From a virus, in the IMG/VR virus record IMGVR_UViG_3300045988_001368, positions 1 to 5,994 of that record: a DNA stretch of 5,994 nt; one strand, given 5' to 3'. The notes below the pieces were generated by a model. That model did no database searches and was not told the DNA's origin. It was given only the letters and a program-made list of their open reading frames with translations. Position 1 is the stretch's first letter. Each line of letters opens with the position of its first letter. Made by a program: the position numbers and the translations under genes. This document shows positions 4,937 to 5,994 of this stretch, piece by piece.

Positions 4937-5059
4937 ATGGCACTGATTTCCATTAAAGACGTCAAACAGGCAATCCGCATTATGATGCAGATTCTCGAAA
5001 AGCTTGACGAAATCTACCACGCACTGCACGATAGCATCAACGAAAACGAAAAGGAGTAA
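4937..5059 (+). CDS. Hypothetical small protein, 40 aa. It is not in the supplied ORF track, presumably because it is below the length cutoff.
   Basis: ATG 4937 lies 6 nt after GGGGG (4926-4930) and 1 nt after the peptidase stop. It reads MALISIKDVKQAIRIMMQILEKLDEIYHALHDSINENEKE and ends at TAA 5057-5059. It fills what would otherwise be a 128-nt gap in a compact genome. It looks like an amphipathic helix, not a TM segment. Confidence 0.45.
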   Translation: MALISIKDVKQAIRIMMQILEKLDEIYHALHDSINENEKE

Positions 5060-5063
5060 AGCC

Positions 5064-5291
5064 ATGATGAACAAAACATGGAACGTAAGAGACCAGACCA
5101 AAGAAGCACTGGAAGATTTACTCGAACGAAAGTACAAAGAAATTGACGGCAATTACAAGATGCTTAAAAAAGTATCAAACATCGGAGACGCTAAAAAGCT
5201 AGTAGAAGAGATTTGGAAAATGAAAAGCTTTGCAAACGCCATCGAAATGGAACTAATCAGAAGGGAGTACAACAATGGCACGACATCGTAA
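5064..5291 (+). CDS. Hypothetical protein, 75 aa, hydrophilic and predicted helical.
   Basis: ATG 5064 lies 7 nt after AAGGAG (5051-5056). The track start at TTG 5004 has no SD and would overlap the 40-aa ORF. The sequence is MMNKTWNVRDQTKEALEDLLERKYKEIDGNYKMLKKVSNIGDAKKLVEEIWKMKSFANAIEMELIRREYNNGTTS. I recognise no family. Confidence 0.55.
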   Translation: MMNKTWNVRDQTKEALEDLLERKYKEIDGNYKMLKKVSNIGDAKKLVEEIWKMKSFANAIEMELIRREYNNGTTS

Positions 5292-5397
5292 AACAATGAA
5301 CGGCGCAAAAGACCGGCGAATGTTCAACGTAACCGCAAGAAAGACGAAAGCTATCAACCTTAGCCAGAAGCCCATGCGCGGCGGCATCCGGCTGTAA
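5275..5397 (+). CDS. Small, highly basic DNA-binding/packaging protein (phiX174 J-like, gokushovirus ORF8-like), 40 aa. It is not in the supplied ORF track.
   Basis: ATG 5275 lies 7 nt after AAGGGAG (5261-5267). The sequence is MARHRKTMNGAKDRRMFNVTARKTKAINLSQKPMRGGIRL, with 12 K/R against 1 acidic residue. The C-terminal PMRGG(I/F/Y)RL-type ending is common in small basic microvirus proteins. It overlaps the upstream ORF by 17 nt in another frame. Confidence 0.7.
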   Translation: MARHRKTMNGAKDRRMFNVTARKTKAINLSQKPMRGGIRL

Positions 5398-5413
5398 AAG
5401 AAAGGAAAAGACA

Positions 5414-5653
5414 ATGGAGCATCTGTATTATGGACTGTGGGACAATGTAGCAAAGTGTTACGCATGGGTAGGCGAAAGCAAGAACGACGCAACCTTTGCA
5501 CGGATGTGCAATGTTATGGCAAAGGACGGAAAAACCTTTGTAGGGCAGGCGCCGGGGGACTACGTCGGCTACAAGCTGGCAAAGTTCAACGATGAAACCG
5601 GAGCCTTCGCCAACGACAAAGAGAAAGCATGGGAGGGCAGGCCTAATGAATAA
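5414..5653 (+). CDS. VP5: VP5-like conserved gokushovirus non-structural protein, 79 aa.
   Basis: The pattern is Y..WDNVAKCY......NDATFARMC.......F...PGDYVGYKLAKFNDETGAF. This matches my memory of the gokushovirus VP5 signature (..D.k...y..PF....A.R.F....PEDY.LY.iG.yDd.tG.f). An AGGA SD lies 7 nt upstream. Its stop overlaps the VP3 start as ATGAATAA. The position before VP3 is canonical. Confidence 0.65.
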   Translation: MEHLYYGLWDNVAKCYAWVGESKNDATFARMCNVMAKDGKTFVGQAPGDYVGYKLAKFNDETGAFANDKEKAWEGRPNE

Positions 5654-5994
5654 GCGATACGAAGAGGGGCGAAAGCCCTTCTTTTCTGAATCGGGCGAAA
5701 AGATGCGGAAACAATATGTCTGGACAAAGAACGAAAAAGGACAGGAAGTGCTGCAAGAAACAGCACCAATCGACATCCAACAGGAAATTGAAAGCTATGC
5801 AGACGAGTGTGATATCAAAAGCATTGTCCGAAAAGCAAGTTTTGACCCGCAGTTTCTGAAAAGCCTGTCACAAGGAGCATTAGATGACACATACACGGAC
5901 ATTACGGAATTTCCGCAGAACATTCACGAGTATCATCGCATGCTCGCGACCGCACAGACAAACGCCATGAAGCTTGAAGAGCTGCAAAAAAAAG
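5646..5994 (+). CDS. VP3: Internal scaffolding protein VP3, N-terminal part. The ORF runs off the window end and continues at 1-149 on the circle.
   Basis: ATG 5646 lies 9 nt after GGAGG (5632-5636). It reads MNKRYEEGRKPFFSESGEKMRKQYVWTKNEKGQEVLQETAPIDIQQEIESYADECDIKSIVRKASFDPQFL... The IQ.EI.SY...CDI..I block is typical of gokushovirus VP3. There is no stop before the window end. Confidence 0.8.
   Translation, partial: MNKRYEEGRKPFFSESGEKMRKQYVWTKNEKGQEVLQETAPIDIQQEIESYADECDIKSIVRKASFDPQFLKSLSQGALDDTYTDITEFPQNIHEYHRMLATAQTNAMKLEELQKK
5896..5994. repeat. Terminal redundancy, second copy. It is identical to 1-99.
   Basis: Exact 99-nt identity with the window start. Confidence 0.95.

Noticed and set aside
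5253-5776. Minus-strand ORFs at 5253-5501, 5360-5776 and 5569-5769. The same applies to 889-1098, 1070-1267, 2500-2691, 2511-2696, 3391-3615, 4656-4943 and 4871-5152.
   Set aside because: All lie antisense to well-supported + strand genes, have no recognisable motifs or SDs, and have Cys/Leu/Phe-rich compositions typical of shadow ORFs.

Overview
This window is a complete, circularly permuted ssDNA phage genome of the family Microviridae, gokushovirus-like. Bases 1-99 are identical to 5896-5994, so the unit circle is 5,895 nt and the window is one genome plus a 99-nt assembly overlap. All credible genes are on the + strand, tightly packed, and often joined by ATGA/GTGA stop-start overlaps.

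The core genes are recognisable from signature motifs:
- Major capsid VP1, 146-1843.
- DNA pilot/minor capsid VP2, 1882-2745.
- HUH rolling-circle replication initiator VP4, 2742-3761.
- A 40-aa arginine/lysine-rich J/ORF8-like DNA-binding protein, 5275-5397.
- A VP5-like protein, 5414-5653.
- The internal scaffold VP3, which wraps the window junction (5646-5994, continuing into 1-149).

The unusual part is about 1.6 kb between VP4 and the J-like gene. It has two pieces:
1. A roughly 600-nt non-coding region containing a perfect 12-bp hairpin, a GC island made of two 20-nt alternating pyrimidine-purine tracts (one an 18-nt perfect palindrome), an AT-rich ATATTAACTTG motif, and a one-directional array of about 11 TGTTGAAA repeats.
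2. A near-consensus extended -10 sigma70-type promoter driving four non-core ORFs. One of these is a clear M15-family zinc peptidase (SGYR...H-x6-D...VHxD), a candidate cell-wall enzyme.

No holin, signal peptide or phiX174-E-like embedded membrane ORF is visible.

All family assignments come from motif recognition by eye. No database search was possible.
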